Positions 37,964 to 50,404 of a stretch of DNA of 64,000 nt are shown here, piece by piece (the first letter of the stretch is position 1; each line of letters begins with the position of its first letter). Source of the stretch: Terriglobia bacterium (lineage in GTDB: Bacteria > Acidobacteriota > Terriglobia > JAJPHL01 > JAPKYU01); assembly GCA_965223005.1 (NCBI GenBank), contig CBDCVK010000010.1, forward strand, positions 96,001-160,000. The letters are read 5' to 3'. The notes under the pieces were generated by a model. It did no database searches. It had not been told where the DNA came from and saw only the letters and a program-made list of their open reading frames with translations. Both the position numbers and the translations under genes were made by a program.

Positions 37964-39069
37964 TCACAAATCGGAACAGGCTGGATAGCCCGGAATCCCC
38001 TTGGCGTGCAGGATGGCGGAGACTACCGCCGCGGCGACGACCTCGGCGGCCAGCGCTCCAACGATGCCCTGCGGGCCGGCCCCGAGGAAACTGGGCGCGC
38101 GCCCCGCGGCCAGTTTCAGCTTTCCGGTGGCCACAGCAAACAAGGTGTCTCCGTCAGCCGGCGTGTGCACCGGTTGGATAGCCCGCGCCAGCCCGTCGTG
38201 CGCCATCTGCGCCACCTTGTTGGCTTCAGCCTTGGTGAGCGGCGCATTGGTAGCCACCACGCCGATGGTAGTGTTCTGTTTCTGCTTCCGGGAGCTCGGT
38301 TTAAAGGAAGGCAGTTTTCCCTTGCGCAGCAGGGCCATCACGTCAGCCAGCCGCTTGCCGTCGGCGGTCCGCGCGCCCGCCAGCAGCTTGCCACGCCGGT
38401 AGTCGAAAATATCGCCAACCGCATTCACAGCCACCAGCGCCGCCACCACCAGCCCGCCCGGCAGTCGCAAGCTGGCGGTGCCAAGGCCGCCTTTCATGGC
38501 GCGCTCACGTCCCAGTAGCTTGCCGACGGTCGCCCCGGCTCCGGCACCCACATTCCCCTGCTCGAGCTTGGTCCGTGGACCGCCTCGGGCAGCCTTGCAG
38601 GCTTTGTAGCCGGACTCGGTGCTAGGCCGAATGGCGCTGTCGCCTACCAGCAGGTCAAACAGAATCGCGGCCGGGACAATGGGAACCCGAACGCGACCCA
38701 CTCGATACCCGATGCCCTTCTCTTCCAAGTAGCGCATCACCCCGTCGGCCGCGGCCAGGCCGAACGCGCTACCGCCGGAGAGTACCAGGGCATGTACCTG
38801 TGACACCGTATTGACGGAATTCAGCAGGTCGGTCTCGCGCGTACCGGGCGCCCCTCCCCGAACATCCACGCCGGCGACTGCTCCCTCTTCGCACAATACG
38901 ACGGTGCAGCCGGTGGGACGCCGGCGGTGAGTAAAGTGGCCCACCTTGATGCCTTCTACATCGGTCAGCGAGCCGTTGGGTTCCCATCCCTCCAGGTCCT
39001 GCCCCGTCGCGCAACCACTGGAAACCGGCATGCCCAAGAGCGGCGCCGCTAGGAATCCCCGTCGTTCAC
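37964..39069 (-). CDS. S58/DmpA (P1 family) peptidase, probable Tat lipoprotein, with a 1-nt frameshift just after the start
   Basis: GGAPGTRETDLL; SGGSAFGL; GNVGAGAGA; NTT; DGDT. AGGAG RBS + GTG 39069 gives M-x-RRGFLAAPLLG...SSGC if one base is restored. Confidence 0.88.
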
Positions 39070-39249
39070 GTCGTCTCCTGTTTTCCCTCTCCTTCTTTCT
39101 GTCGGACGCTTACTCTCTTCCACCATCATAGCCCTCCGCTAAGGAGAATTTTGCTGCCGATCGACCAAGGTGGCCCCCCGGCACGATCTAGGAAACTGCG
39201 GCGCCTCGTCGCTCCTGGTGGTGTATTATGAAATGAGGAAGTGGTATTG

Positions 39250-40245
39250 ATGCCTGATGAACAATTGAAGATCGCGGTATTTGTTGATTTCGACAACGTC
39301 CAGATTGGAGTGCGCGACACCCTGAAGCAAGAGTTCGACGTTGCCGCCGTGCTGGAGGCCCTCAAGGAACGAGGCGAGGTGGTCAGCAAGATCGCCTACG
39401 GCGACTGGAAGCGCCACGGAAACGCCAGCCGCAAGATGAGCGAGCAGGCGGTGCAGATGGTGCAGCGGGACCCCACACCACGCGGAGACAAGAACGGGGC
39501 CGACATCAACCTGGCCCTGGACGCTCTGGAAATGGCTTTTACCCGACCCCACATCAACGCCTACGCGATTGTGGGCGGCGACAGCGACTTCGTTGCCCTG
39601 GTGGAGAAGCTGAAGCAATACAACAAGGCGGTGTTCGTGGTTGGAGGGCGGGGCTTTACCAGCTCCATCCTGCAGAGAAACTGCCGGGAGTTCCTCAGCT
39701 TCGAGAACCTACTGCATCAGCCGGCGCCGTCGCGCCGAGCTTCGGTTCCCCGGCAGCCCGCCCGCCGCGGCGCGTCACTCTCGCTCGAGAACGCGCGGCC
39801 GCTACTGGAGCGGGCCCTCAACGTGCTGGCTGAACGAGAGCACCGGCCGTTGCTGGGTCTGGTCAAGAGCACCATGTTGCAGCTCGATTCCACTTTCAGC
39901 GAGCGTGACTACGCGTCCGGCTCCTTCCTGGACCTCATGCAGAAGATGGCTCAGGCCGGTTTCGTGCAACTGGACCGGGTGGACTCAAATTACGCGGTGA
40001 AGCTGCCAGAACAGATACTCTCCCCGCTGCCGGCGTCCTTGCTCCAACCACACGCGCCCGAAGCGGAAGCGCCCACTGACGGTGGAGCCACTTCCGCAGG
40101 CGATGCCCGCACACCGGCTGCAGATCACGAGCCCCCTGCCATTACCAAAGCAACTCCTTCCCGAAGTGGGACCGGGCGCCGCCGCCGACGTTCGTCGGGC
40201 GGCCGCAGGCGACCTTCTGCTACCCCTGGCGACCAGCCCCAGTGA
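39250..40245 (+). CDS. NYN-domain protein with an OST-HTH/LOTUS domain
   Basis: FVDFDN; KNGADI.L.LD; GDSDF; LDSTFSERDY..GSF. Confidence 0.9.
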   Translation: MPDEQLKIAVFVDFDNVQIGVRDTLKQEFDVAAVLEALKERGEVVSKIAYGDWKRHGNASRKMSEQAVQMVQRDPTPRGDKNGADINLALDALEMAFTRPHINAYAIVGGDSDFVALVEKLKQYNKAVFVVGGRGFTSSILQRNCREFLSFENLLHQPAPSRRASVPRQPARRGASLSLENARPLLERALNVLAEREHRPLLGLVKSTMLQLDSTFSERDYASGSFLDLMQKMAQAGFVQLDRVDSNYAVKLPEQILSPLPASLLQPHAPEAEAPTDGGATSAGDARTPAADHEPPAITKATPSRSGTGRRRRRSSGGRRRPSATPGDQPQ

Positions 40246-40281
40246 GCTGCGCCAACTCGGCTGAGCTATCGTGAGCGTCGC

Positions 40282-40836
40282 CTACGGCTGCGTCTCCGGC
40301 TTCACCGGAAACTGTTGGTTATAGACCGCAAGGATCTCGTTGGTGAGGTCCACACCAGGCCCGGCATAGATGGCTCCCGCGGTGGCGCGGTCAAGAATCG
40401 CCATGAATTGCTTTTCCTCCCCGTATTTTCCCACCACCTCCACCAACCGCCCTCGCAAGCGTCCCAGGCCCTCCTCGCGCGCCGCGTTCAGATCGTAGTT
40501 GAGGTCTTCATTGAGGCGCTCTGCCTCTTTCTGCTTCCGCTGGATTTCCAGGGTGCGCTGCTGCCGCTCCGCGCCGGAAACCGCGGTCTGCCTCTGCTGG
40601 AATTCCGATTGCAGTTTGTTCATCTCGGCGGCCAGATCTTGTATCTTCTTTTGCCGCGGCCCGAACTTTCGCCCCAGCTCGGCCTGGAATGCTTTGCCTT
40701 CCTCGCTGTCGGCCAACACTCGAGTGCTCTCGACCAGGCCCAGCTTGCCACTCACCGCCGGTGCCGGAGCCGGGGCCTGACCCACCGCCAGCCAAGTCAC
40801 CAGCAGCAACATCATCGTTAGCGGCACTGCTCTCAT
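40282..40836 (-). CDS. OmpH/Skp periplasmic chaperone
   Basis: Signal peptide, coiled coil, DLTNEIL C-terminus. Confidence 0.85.
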   Translation of the reverse strand: MRAVPLTMMLLLVTWLAVGQAPAPAPAVSGKLGLVESTRVLADSEEGKAFQAELGRKFGPRQKKIQDLAAEMNKLQSEFQQRQTAVSGAERQQRTLEIQRKQKEAERLNEDLNYDLNAAREEGLGRLRGRLVEVVGKYGEEKQFMAILDRATAGAIYAGPGVDLTNEILAVYNQQFPVKPETQP

Positions 40837-41019
40837 CAGCCTCTCCTCCGGCGCCGGAGCGCCTTGTAGGTTTTTCTGTCCCTTCTACCATATAAGAAAA
40901 CAGCGGCTTCGGCCAAGAGGAGCTTTGACCAAGAGGAGCTTCGGTCTGCTGTGCTCTGTCAGAAACAGGCAAAGGAGCAGTAGCGCATCGCAGGGCTCCT
41001 GGCTTACCCTGGAACCTCT

Positions 41020-41907
41020 ATGGCGCCCCCGAAAATTCGCAAGGCGGTCTTTCCGGTGGCCGGCCTCGGAACGCGATTCCTGCCAGCCACAAAAGCGCAG
41101 CCCAAAGAGATGTTGCCGCTGGTGGACAAACCCATCATTCAATACGTGGTCGAGGAAGCGTACCACTCGGGCCTGGACACCATGGTCCTGGTGACCGGGC
41201 GAGGCAAGGCTGCCATCGAAGACCACTTCGACGTCTCCTATGAACTGGAGAAAACTCTGGAGGAACGGGGAAAGCTTGATCTGCTGGCTCTGGTTCGCCA
41301 GATCTCCGACATGATCCACATCTCCTACGTGCGGCAGAAGGAGGCGCTAGGCCTGGGCCACGCCGTCCTGATGGCCCGCGAGTTAGTGGGCCAGGAGCCG
41401 TTCGCCGTGCTGCTGGGCGACGACATCATCGACGCCTCGGTGCCTTGCCTGCGGCAGATGCTGGACGTCTACGACCGCTGCGGGGAGTCCATTGTGGGAG
41501 TTTACGAGGTGCCCGGCCCGGCCATTTCCGCCTATGGGGTGATCGCAGGGTCCCCAGCGGCACAGGAAAGCAACGACCGGCTCTACCAAGTCAGCGACCT
41601 GGTGGAAAAGCCTCCTCCAGACCGCACACCATCTCATCTGGCCATCATCGGCCGCTACATCCTGACCCCGGAAATCTTCGACGAACTGGAGGGAACGCAG
41701 CCGGGCAGCGGAGGGGAAATCCAGTTGACCGACGGCTTGCGCGGCCTGCTCCGCCGAGGCCGGAAAGTTCACGGCTACCGCTTCGAAGGCCGCCGGTACG
41801 ACGCCGGCGACAAGCTTGGCTTCCTGGTCGCCACTGTCGAGTTTGCTCTAAAGCGCGAAGGGCTGGGAGATGAGTTCCGCGAATACCTGAAGGGATTGCG
41901 TCTCTAG
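41020..41907 (+). CDS. galU: UTP--glucose-1-phosphate uridylyltransferase
   Basis: AGLGTRFLPATKAQPKEML; VEKP; GEIQLTD. Confidence 0.97.
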   Translation: MAPPKIRKAVFPVAGLGTRFLPATKAQPKEMLPLVDKPIIQYVVEEAYHSGLDTMVLVTGRGKAAIEDHFDVSYELEKTLEERGKLDLLALVRQISDMIHISYVRQKEALGLGHAVLMARELVGQEPFAVLLGDDIIDASVPCLRQMLDVYDRCGESIVGVYEVPGPAISAYGVIAGSPAAQESNDRLYQVSDLVEKPPPDRTPSHLAIIGRYILTPEIFDELEGTQPGSGGEIQLTDGLRGLLRRGRKVHGYRFEGRRYDAGDKLGFLVATVEFALKREGLGDEFREYLKGLRL

Positions 41908-42389
41908 ACACCGCGCCGGCGCCACCAGGCTCGAATGCGTGCCAAGTGGTCCGCCTCGTGCGTCCAGGCAAACTCCGGCAGCCAGGCGGTCGCCGGATAG
42001 CGGTGTGAGGGGTCATCGAGCGTGGCGGGCGGCAGGCGGAGTAACGCCTGCACCAAGCTGGCGCGGACGCGCCCGGCGCGCCGCAAAAGCTCGGCCCAGG
42101 ACCAGCGCCGGGCTTGCCGCACAACGCGGGAATTGAAGCGGTCGGCCTCCACCATATCGTCATAGAAATGGATGCGGTCGCCGCGGCCGCGCCGGATCAG
42201 CTCCAGCCGCCGGGCCCCTTCTTCCTCCCAGGCCACAATGTGCGCGAAGGTGTCCTTCACCGACCACTGGCCCTGGGTGCGCGGCTCCAGGATAGAGCGC
42301 TCGGGAAGGCTCTGGAAGAACCGCAGGCTGGCGGCTCGCGAGCGCTCCATGCGCCGGACTGCCTGCTGACGCCAAGCGACAAGCCGCAC
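41904..42389 (-). CDS. DinB-like protein
   Basis: WSVKDTFAH...HEADHL. Confidence 0.8.
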   Translation of the reverse strand: MRLVAWRQQAVRRMERSRAASLRFFQSLPERSILEPRTQGQWSVKDTFAHIVAWEEEGARRLELIRRGRGDRIHFYDDMVEADRFNSRVVRQARRWSWAELLRRAGRVRASLVQALLRLPPATLDDPSHRYPATAWLPEFAWTHEADHLARIRAWWRRRGV

Positions 42390-43057
42390 TACTCCTCCCC
42401 CGCGAACAGCGACGGATTTCGCTTCTGTGGTGCTTGCCGGACGGGGAAGGGAGAAGCGGCTGCCACCGGAGCGTACGTCTTGCGATGCAGCGGAGTGGGG
42501 CCGAATTGCGCCAACGACTGGAGGTGTTGCGGCGTGGTGTAGCCCTTATTTCGCCCTAAGTGGTACTGGGGATACACCGCATCCCATTCTTGCATCAACT
42601 GGTCGCGATGCACCTTGGCCACAATGGAGGCAGCGGCGATGGAAACGCTGCGGGCATCGCCGTGAATGAGGGCGCGCTGAGACAGGTCCCAGGGAAGGTC
42701 GAGCCGCAGAGCATCCACCAACACCAAGGCGGGGCGAGGCTCGAGACGCAGCACCGCCTCACGCATGGCGAGCTGGGAGGCTCGGTAGATGTTGATGAGA
42801 TCAATGCGGGCTGCGTCCACGGCGGCCACCACCCAGGCGATGGCCTGCTGCCGGATGCTCGCGGCCAGTCGCTCACGCACCTCAGGGTCCAGTTGCTTGC
42901 TGTCGTTGATACCGCGGATGCGGCGGGTGGGGTCTAAGATAACAGCCGCGGCCACCACCGGGCCGAACAAGGCGCCACGCCCCACTTCATCTACCCCGGC
43001 CACGTAGCGGTGGCCTGCGGCATAGGCCCGGTTCTCCAGGCGCCAAGTGCAACCCAT
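42389..43057 (-). CDS. rnhB: Ribonuclease HII
   Basis: GVDEVGRG; DSK; SIAAASIVAK; NKGY. Confidence 0.97.
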   Translation of the reverse strand: MGCTWRLENRAYAAGHRYVAGVDEVGRGALFGPVVAAAVILDPTRRIRGINDSKQLDPEVRERLAASIRQQAIAWVVAAVDAARIDLINIYRASQLAMREAVLRLEPRPALVLVDALRLDLPWDLSQRALIHGDARSVSIAAASIVAKVHRDQLMQEWDAVYPQYHLGRNKGYTTPQHLQSLAQFGPTPLHRKTYAPVAAASPFPVRQAPQKRNPSLFAGEE

Positions 43058-43174
43058 GGAAGTGGGACCAAGGCCATGCTAGTGCCGTCCGAACAATTCC
43101 ACAAAGAAAATCGGCAAACTGAGACATTGTGGCGAGGTCACGGATCTCGTGTGGACGACACTGGACCGGCGACC

Positions 43175-43516
43175 CTATTCCCGTTCGCGGATGCGAGCGG
43201 CTCTGCCGCGCCGGCCGCGCAGGTAGTACAGCTTGGCCCGCCGCACCCGGCCGCGGCGCAGCACTTCGATGCGGTCAATCACCTTGGAGTGCACCGGGAA
43301 GATGCGCTCGACACCTTGGCCAAAGCTGATCTTGCGGACCGTGAAGGATTCCCCCATTCCCCGGTTCTTACGGGCGATCACGACGCCCTCGAATGCCTGC
43401 AGCCGCTCCTTGTCGCCCTCCTTGATCTTCACGTGCACGCGGACACTGTCACCTGGACGAAACTCCGGCTGGCCGGCGCGGATGTACTGTTGCGCGATCT
43501 TGTCAACGGGATTCAT
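43175..43516 (-). CDS. rplS: 50S ribosomal protein L19
   Basis: FEGVVI; GVERIFP; [10 protein letters not shown]. Confidence 0.98.
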   Translation of the reverse strand: MNPVDKIAQQYIRAGQPEFRPGDSVRVHVKIKEGDKERLQAFEGVVIARKNRGMGESFTVRKISFGQGVERIFPVHSKVIDRIEVLRRGRVRRAKLYYLRGRRGRAARIRERE

Positions 43517-44288
43517 GCTGCTTCCTCTCTTGCTGAATTTCCGACAGCAACTGGCGGTCCTCCCCGCTGAGGTTCACTAGCTCCAGGATTTCCGGGCGGT
43601 TGCGGACTGTCTTTTCCAGCGCCTTTTTGCGCCGCCACCGGCGCACTTGCTCGTGATGCCCCGACACCAACGCCTCGGGCACTCGCAAGCCGCAAAATTC
43701 GGCCGGCCTCGTATAGTGGGGCCAGTCGAGGATTCCGCCGACAGTTTCGGAATCTGCGGCGAAGGCGAACGATTCGCGCACCGCTGAAAGCTCGTCTCCC
43801 AAGGCTCCGGGCAGCAACCGGGTGACGCAATCCACTACGATGGCCGCTGGCAGCTCCCCGCCGCTCAGCACGTAGTTGCCGATGCACAACTCTTCGTCGG
43901 CCAGATGCTCGGCCACCCGTTCGTCCACGCCCTCATAGCGGCCGCAGATCAGCAGAAGTCGCTCGCAGGTGGCCAACTGCGCGGCTCGCCGCTGGGTCAG
44001 CAAGCGCCCCTGCGCCGACATCAGGATGGTGCGATGACCGGCGTCGGAACCTGAGTTGGGGCCTCGAAGGGCTTCGACCGCGGCGAAGATGGGCTCCGGC
44101 TTCAGTACCATGCCCTCGCCTCCGCCAAACGGCCGGTCGTCTACCACCTGGTGGCGCTCGGTGGTGAAGTCGCGCAGGTTATGCACGCGAACCTCAAGCA
44201 GGCCGGCTTCGCGGGCCCGTCGCAGAATGCCGTGTTCCAGAGGCCCGGTAAAGAATCCGGGGAAAATCGTCAAGATGTCGAAGATCAT
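43503..44288 (-). CDS. trmD: tRNA (guanine-N1)-methyltransferase
   Basis: [10 protein letters not shown]; [10 protein letters not shown]; VLSGGE. Confidence 0.98.
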   Translation of the reverse strand: MIFDILTIFPGFFTGPLEHGILRRAREAGLLEVRVHNLRDFTTERHQVVDDRPFGGGEGMVLKPEPIFAAVEALRGPNSGSDAGHRTILMSAQGRLLTQRRAAQLATCERLLLICGRYEGVDERVAEHLADEELCIGNYVLSGGELPAAIVVDCVTRLLPGALGDELSAVRESFAFAADSETVGGILDWPHYTRPAEFCGLRVPEALVSGHHEQVRRWRRKKALEKTVRNRPEILELVNLSGEDRQLLSEIQQERKQHESR

Positions 44289-44346
44289 CAGCTTAGGATG
44301 GCTTCCTCGGTAGTTATTTTATTTCCAATCTTCAATGACTCAATCC

Positions 44347-44904
44347 TCACTGATTCAGTCCCAACAGTCCTTCGGGCAACTCCACCTCAATGACCCGGCC
44401 GGCCAGATCAATTCGCCTGCAAATTTCCTCGGCGAAGGGGACCAGCAATTCCCCCCCGGGAGTATCCACCACCAGCACGGGGGTGCCTGCTGTGGGATCC
44501 AGCCAGCGCACCACCCCCAGCTCGCGCCCGCCTTCCACCACCCGGCACCCGGGCAGGTCCGACCAGTACACAGCAGAGCCTTCCAATGGGCGGCGCTGGG
44601 CGGCCGGGATGCAAACTTCGTAGCCGGCCAGCTTTCTGGCTGCCTCGCGGTCGTCCACTCCGGCGAACTTCAGGATCACCCCGCCTTTGTGGAACCAGAA
44701 CTGTTCCAGCCGCGCCGGCCGGTGCAGACCGTCGGAGCCTGTGAGCCAAACCGTCTCTGCTTCGGCAAAGCGCTGATGGAAATCGGTGAAGAGCTCAGCG
44801 GCCACTTCGCCCCGGCGGCCCTGTGCCCGCCGGATGCGGGCAATCGTCACGAACGGCTCGGCAACTCCCGGGTCGGGCGTGTCTGCGGCGCTTGCCTCGG
44901 CCAC
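44347..44904 (-). CDS. rimM: Ribosome maturation factor RimM
   Basis: G.RGEV; YWSDL.G; LVPF; position within the operon. Confidence 0.9.
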   Translation of the reverse strand: MAEASAADTPDPGVAEPFVTIARIRRAQGRRGEVAAELFTDFHQRFAEAETVWLTGSDGLHRPARLEQFWFHKGGVILKFAGVDDREAARKLAGYEVCIPAAQRRPLEGSAVYWSDLPGCRVVEGGRELGVVRWLDPTAGTPVLVVDTPGGELLVPFAEEICRRIDLAGRVIEVELPEGLLGLNQ

Positions 44905-44911
44905 GCTCGGC

Positions 44912-45142
44912 TCACTCCAGGATTTCCAGCGCAAAGCGCTTTTTCAACTTCATCCCGGCAGCGTTCAGGATCGTGCGCATGCTCCGGGCCGTGCGGCCCT
45001 GCCGCCCGATCACCTTGCCCAGATCACCAGGGGCCACTCGCAATTCCAGCACCGTCGTCTGTTCCCCTTCGATCGCCCGCACCTGCACTTCGTCCGGATG
45101 ATCCACCAAGGCCCTCGCCATCTGCTCGACGAGTTCCTTCAT
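44912..45142 (-). CDS. khpA: KH-domain RNA-binding protein (UPF0109)
   Basis: [13 protein letters not shown]. Confidence 0.93.
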   Translation of the reverse strand: MKELVEQMARALVDHPDEVQVRAIEGEQTTVLELRVAPGDLGKVIGRQGRTARSMRTILNAAGMKLKKRFALEILE

Positions 45143-45338
45143 AACGCCTCCCGCTTCCCGTCCCGGCCAGCCGGGAACTCGCGGCCGCTGCTTTGAACGC
45201 CCGAAACCTGGATGGCTTAGGAATGCGAACTGGAAAAGAACATTTGCAGCCCGGCTCTTGCCGGTCGGCCGAAAACGATTCGCTGTGTCTGGAAGCGGGT
45301 GGTCACCACCTCGAGCGGGTCCGCCGCGCGGGCCCAGT

Positions 45339-45620
45339 TCACGCGCCTAGCTCGGCGACCTGATCCTCCGGCCCGGGCTGTTTCTCCAACAGCTGTTTCT
45401 CCAACAGGTGACGCACCCGTTCGGAGGGTTGCGCACCCTTATCCATCCAGTAGCGGACGCGGTCGGCGTTGAGCTTGACCGTCGCCGGGTTCGTCAGCGG
45501 GTTGTACTGGCCGACGATTTCCACGGGTCTCCCACCCCGGGCGCGCTCACGCTCGATCACTACCACCCGATAAAAGGGCCTCTTCTTGGCGCCGAACCGG
45601 GCCAGGCGAATTCTCAGCAC
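45339..45620 (-). CDS. rpsP: 30S ribosomal protein S16
   Basis: [18 protein letters not shown]; GAQPS. Confidence 0.98.
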   Translation of the reverse strand: MLRIRLARFGAKKRPFYRVVVIERERARGGRPVEIVGQYNPLTNPATVKLNADRVRYWMDKGAQPSERVRHLLEKQLLEKQPGPEDQVAELGA

Positions 45621-45742
45621 CTGCTCACCTCCTTGCTTTGGTTAGCCGCCCTGGGGCGGCACCACTGATAGCGCCCGGCCTCAGCCGGGCATCTTTGCTC
45701 GCGGTGCCGACCACAAGAGTCGGCATTCCCGGCGCCACAGCT

Positions 45743-47104
<1,362 letters not shown>

Positions 47105-47355
47105 GAATGCGAGTCCTTCACCTGGTCAGGGGACGCAAAGCCCCTAGGACATACCTGCCCCCCGCAGCCAAACGGCCTATTGTATCATGCGATAGCAGAA
47201 CCGGGCACGCGAAGCAGAACCGGGGAAACGCGAGGCCAGGGGGTTGTCATCTAACTGGCGTGGTTCGCGAAAAAGGGCACTACTGCACGCCGAGGGTGAC
47301 GGTGTTGTTCGGCACACCGTTGTTGCTGATTTCCAGGTCGCGGCCAACCGGGGGG

Positions 47356-48554
47356 CTAAGTAACTGGCGGAGACGCTCCCACGGGTACCTCGACGATGTT
47401 GCTCGGCACACCGATGTTGATGATTTCTAGGTTGTGAGCAACGGGCGGGATCGCACCCTCGGGGGGCTGCGAAACCGGCGGGGACAAACCCACGGGTACC
47501 TCGACGTTGACCTGGTACAGGCCCACGAATCCCGGGGCCAGGCCGGAGTAGACCACCTCAGCGGGAATGCCGCCGATGTTTACCAACGGCGGGCTAACGG
47601 TTCGCGCCAATGGCTCCGTGCCGGGAGCAACATTGCCGGATGGCACTTCCGGCAGGACCCGCCCCAACCCCGTGCAAAAGATCAGCAGGAACTCGCCCGT
47701 CTGTGCCGGGTTGCTTTCGGTGACGGGCTGGAAATCTGCCGCGTGAAGGATCGCCCCGGGGCCGGTCCCCTGCTGGTTCATGGTAAAAATCCCAGGTGAC
47801 ACGGCTGCCACCGAGACCGGCTGTATCACGCTGGTTTCACCGCCCCGTGTCACCTGCACCGAGGCCACACCCGCTCCGGATACCAGTTCAAACGGCACCT
47901 GCGCATTGATTTGCGTGCCAGAGACAAAAAACAGCGCGGCCGGCATGCCGTTGAAGGTCACACTGGTCTCTCCCAGCGTGGTGGGTAGAGGCACCTCCGA
48001 CGCTATCTGGGTATCGCTGGCCAGCTCCGTCCCAAAGATAGACACGATCGCGCCCGGAGCGATAAAGGATTTGGACTCCGTCGCCGGCCGGAAGCTGGCG
48101 CCGTTGACCACCGAGTCGGGCGGCAGGATCGGAGGAGTCGTCGACTCGCTCAACGTAGCCGAGACCGAAATAAAAAACGTCTCGTCGGTGCCAGTGGCAG
48201 TGCCGATGACCCGCGCCTCACTGACCCCAGGCCCCGGCAAGACCCCGTAAAGAATCGTCATGATGAAAGACGCCCGACCCGGCTCAAACGTGACCGTGGG
48301 CGGAACGCTGAGCCAGCCTGTTCCGTTCATGAAATCCACCGAGAGAGTAAAGAGGACGCTTCCCTGTCTTGCGCAGCCCTGGATCGTTTCGTCTACCATC
48401 ACAACATGCTGTGAAGGCGGTGCTCCTATGGAGGCGGAAATACCAGGACCCGCGGAGACATGCAACCGCTAATGTCTTGCCCGAACGCGGGCCTGGCAAA
48501 GATCAATGCCAGACAGAAGACCCCCAAGAATACCAACCGCCGAATGGACATCAT
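47356..48554 (-). CDS. Secreted TIGR03437-type domain protein, with a 1-nt frameshift near 48466
   Basis: Signal peptide MMSIRRLVFLGVFCLALIFARPAFGQ is out of frame with ORF 47356..48465 (VVNGASF, QINAQVPF, GLAPGFVGLYQVNV). Confidence 0.85.
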
Positions 48555-48716
48555 GTTCTCCGCCTGAGTCCCAACACGTTTCCCAGCACCTCGTTCACCT
48601 CCTGCCGTTGGAAGAGTGTGCTTGCCGTGGCCGGGGTAGCCTTGGCGGGGCCGCCACGTCAGGATTTACCTCAACAGAAGAAGATGAAGGTGTGGGCGCA
48701 GCAGCGCTTGCGCCCT

Positions 48717-50222
48717 TTAACCACCGACATTGATCCACACGGACTTCACCTGGGTGTAAAGATCCAGCGCGTGGACTCCTGATTCGCGGCCGTACCCGCT
48801 CATCTTGTACCCGCCGAACGGCATAGCGGCATCGAAAACGTTGTAGCAATTCACCCAAACGACCCCGGCCTGCAAGGACTTGGCGATGCCGTGAGCCTTT
48901 TGTATATCCCGAGTCCAAACACCGCCGGCCAGTCCATAGAAGGTATTGTTGCTCAGCTTCACTACCTCATCTAAGTCCTGGAATGGGATCGCAGTCAGGA
49001 CAGGCCCGAAGATTTCCTCTTGAGCGATGCGCATGTCTGCCCGCACGCCGTCGAACACCGTGGGCTTAACGAAGTATCCTTTTGCCAGCTCTCCCGTGGT
49101 CAAGCGCTCGCCGCCTACAACGGGCTTGGCTCCTTCCTGCTGTCCAATTCGGAGGTACCCGGTCACGCGGTCGAGCTGCTCCTGCGAGATGAGCGGTCCC
49201 ATCTGGGTCTCAGGGTCGAGGTTGTTTCCGACCTTGATCGTCGACGCAAATTGGGCCACCTGAGAGACGAATTTGTCGTAGATCTTCTTTTCGACGAAAA
49301 GCCTTGACCCCGCACAGCAAACCTGTCCGGAGAGTCGGAAGATGGCCCACGCTGCTCCTGAAACCGCTTGCTCCAAGTCGGCGTCCGCGAAGACGATATC
49401 CGGAGACTTCCCACCCAATTCCAGAGAAACCCGCTTGAGGTTTCCCGCGGAGGCCTTGACGATGCTTTGTCCGGTTAAGTATTCACCGGTGAAGGCGATT
49501 TTATTGACGTCGTGGTGCTCCGCCAGGGCAGCCCCGGCAGTTGGACCGAATCCCGGGCAGATATTCACCACACCGGGGGGAATCCCGGCTTCCAGGATCA
49601 GCTCACCCAGGCGAAGCGCGGATAGAGGTGTCTGCTCGGCCGGTTTCAACACCAGCGTGCACCCGGTCGCCAGCGCCGGCGCCACCTTCCACATGGAGGT
49701 GACCAGCGGACCGTTCCAGGGAACAATCGCTCCCACCACGCCGACGGGCTCGCGCAGCGTGTAGGTGAAGTAATTACCAGGTGCCGAGTTTTCGATTGTT
49801 TCCCCATGAATCTTTGTCGCCCATCCCGCGTAGTAGCGGCACACCGCAGCGACCCGAGGGATCATCCCCGTTCGGGCCATAGTGATTGGCATCCCGTTGT
49901 CCAAGACCTCAAGGAAGGCCAGTTCTTCCCCGTTGGCTTCGATCAGGTCCGCCAGTCGTAGCAGGAGGCGCTGGCGCTCCACAGGCTTGACCTTCGCCCA
50001 GTCGCCTTCGAATGCCCTGCGCGCCGCTTTCACCGCCCGGTCAATATCTTCCCGGTCGGCTTCTGCCACCCGGGCGTGGACCTCTCCGGTGGTTGGGTTC
50101 ATCGTTTCGAAGGTTTTTCCCGAAGCGGCCTCAACCCATTTCCCGTCAATCAACATTCGCTTGGGTTGAGTCGCAAGGAAAGATTGCACTGCCGGATGAA
50201 CTTGTTGCGTAACTGTTGCCAT
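48717..50222 (-). CDS. NAD-dependent aldehyde dehydrogenase
   Basis: PWN; KPAEQTP; LELGGKSP; GQVCCAG; EEIFGP; PFGGYKMSG. Confidence 0.96.
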   Translation of the reverse strand: MATVTQQVHPAVQSFLATQPKRMLIDGKWVEAASGKTFETMNPTTGEVHARVAEADREDIDRAVKAARRAFEGDWAKVKPVERQRLLLRLADLIEANGEELAFLEVLDNGMPITMARTGMIPRVAAVCRYYAGWATKIHGETIENSAPGNYFTYTLREPVGVVGAIVPWNGPLVTSMWKVAPALATGCTLVLKPAEQTPLSALRLGELILEAGIPPGVVNICPGFGPTAGAALAEHHDVNKIAFTGEYLTGQSIVKASAGNLKRVSLELGGKSPDIVFADADLEQAVSGAAWAIFRLSGQVCCAGSRLFVEKKIYDKFVSQVAQFASTIKVGNNLDPETQMGPLISQEQLDRVTGYLRIGQQEGAKPVVGGERLTTGELAKGYFVKPTVFDGVRADMRIAQEEIFGPVLTAIPFQDLDEVVKLSNNTFYGLAGGVWTRDIQKAHGIAKSLQAGVVWVNCYNVFDAAMPFGGYKMSGYGRESGVHALDLYTQVKSVWINVGG

Positions 50223-50404
50223 GCTGTAGCTCCTTTCTATGGATGACAGGCGTTATCTCCGAATCTGCCGTCGGGGACTAAGCCAAATCATATTCCACCG
50301 GAGAAGACCTTGCGGCCAGCGTTTTGCTGCCCGGTCTGTCGGTGCCGGGACGTTGCAAACTGGTTTATCGACCCTGGGCCAGTTTATCGACTCTGGGGAT
50401 GCTG

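Noticed and set aside
45143-45338. Long rpsP-khpA spacer as an ncRNA
   Set aside because: GC-rich hairpins are possible, but no family motif could be recognised.
47280-47505. TR/VR pair of a diversity-generating retroelement
   Set aside because: Mismatches are not confined to adenines in either copy, and there is no reverse transcriptase in the window.
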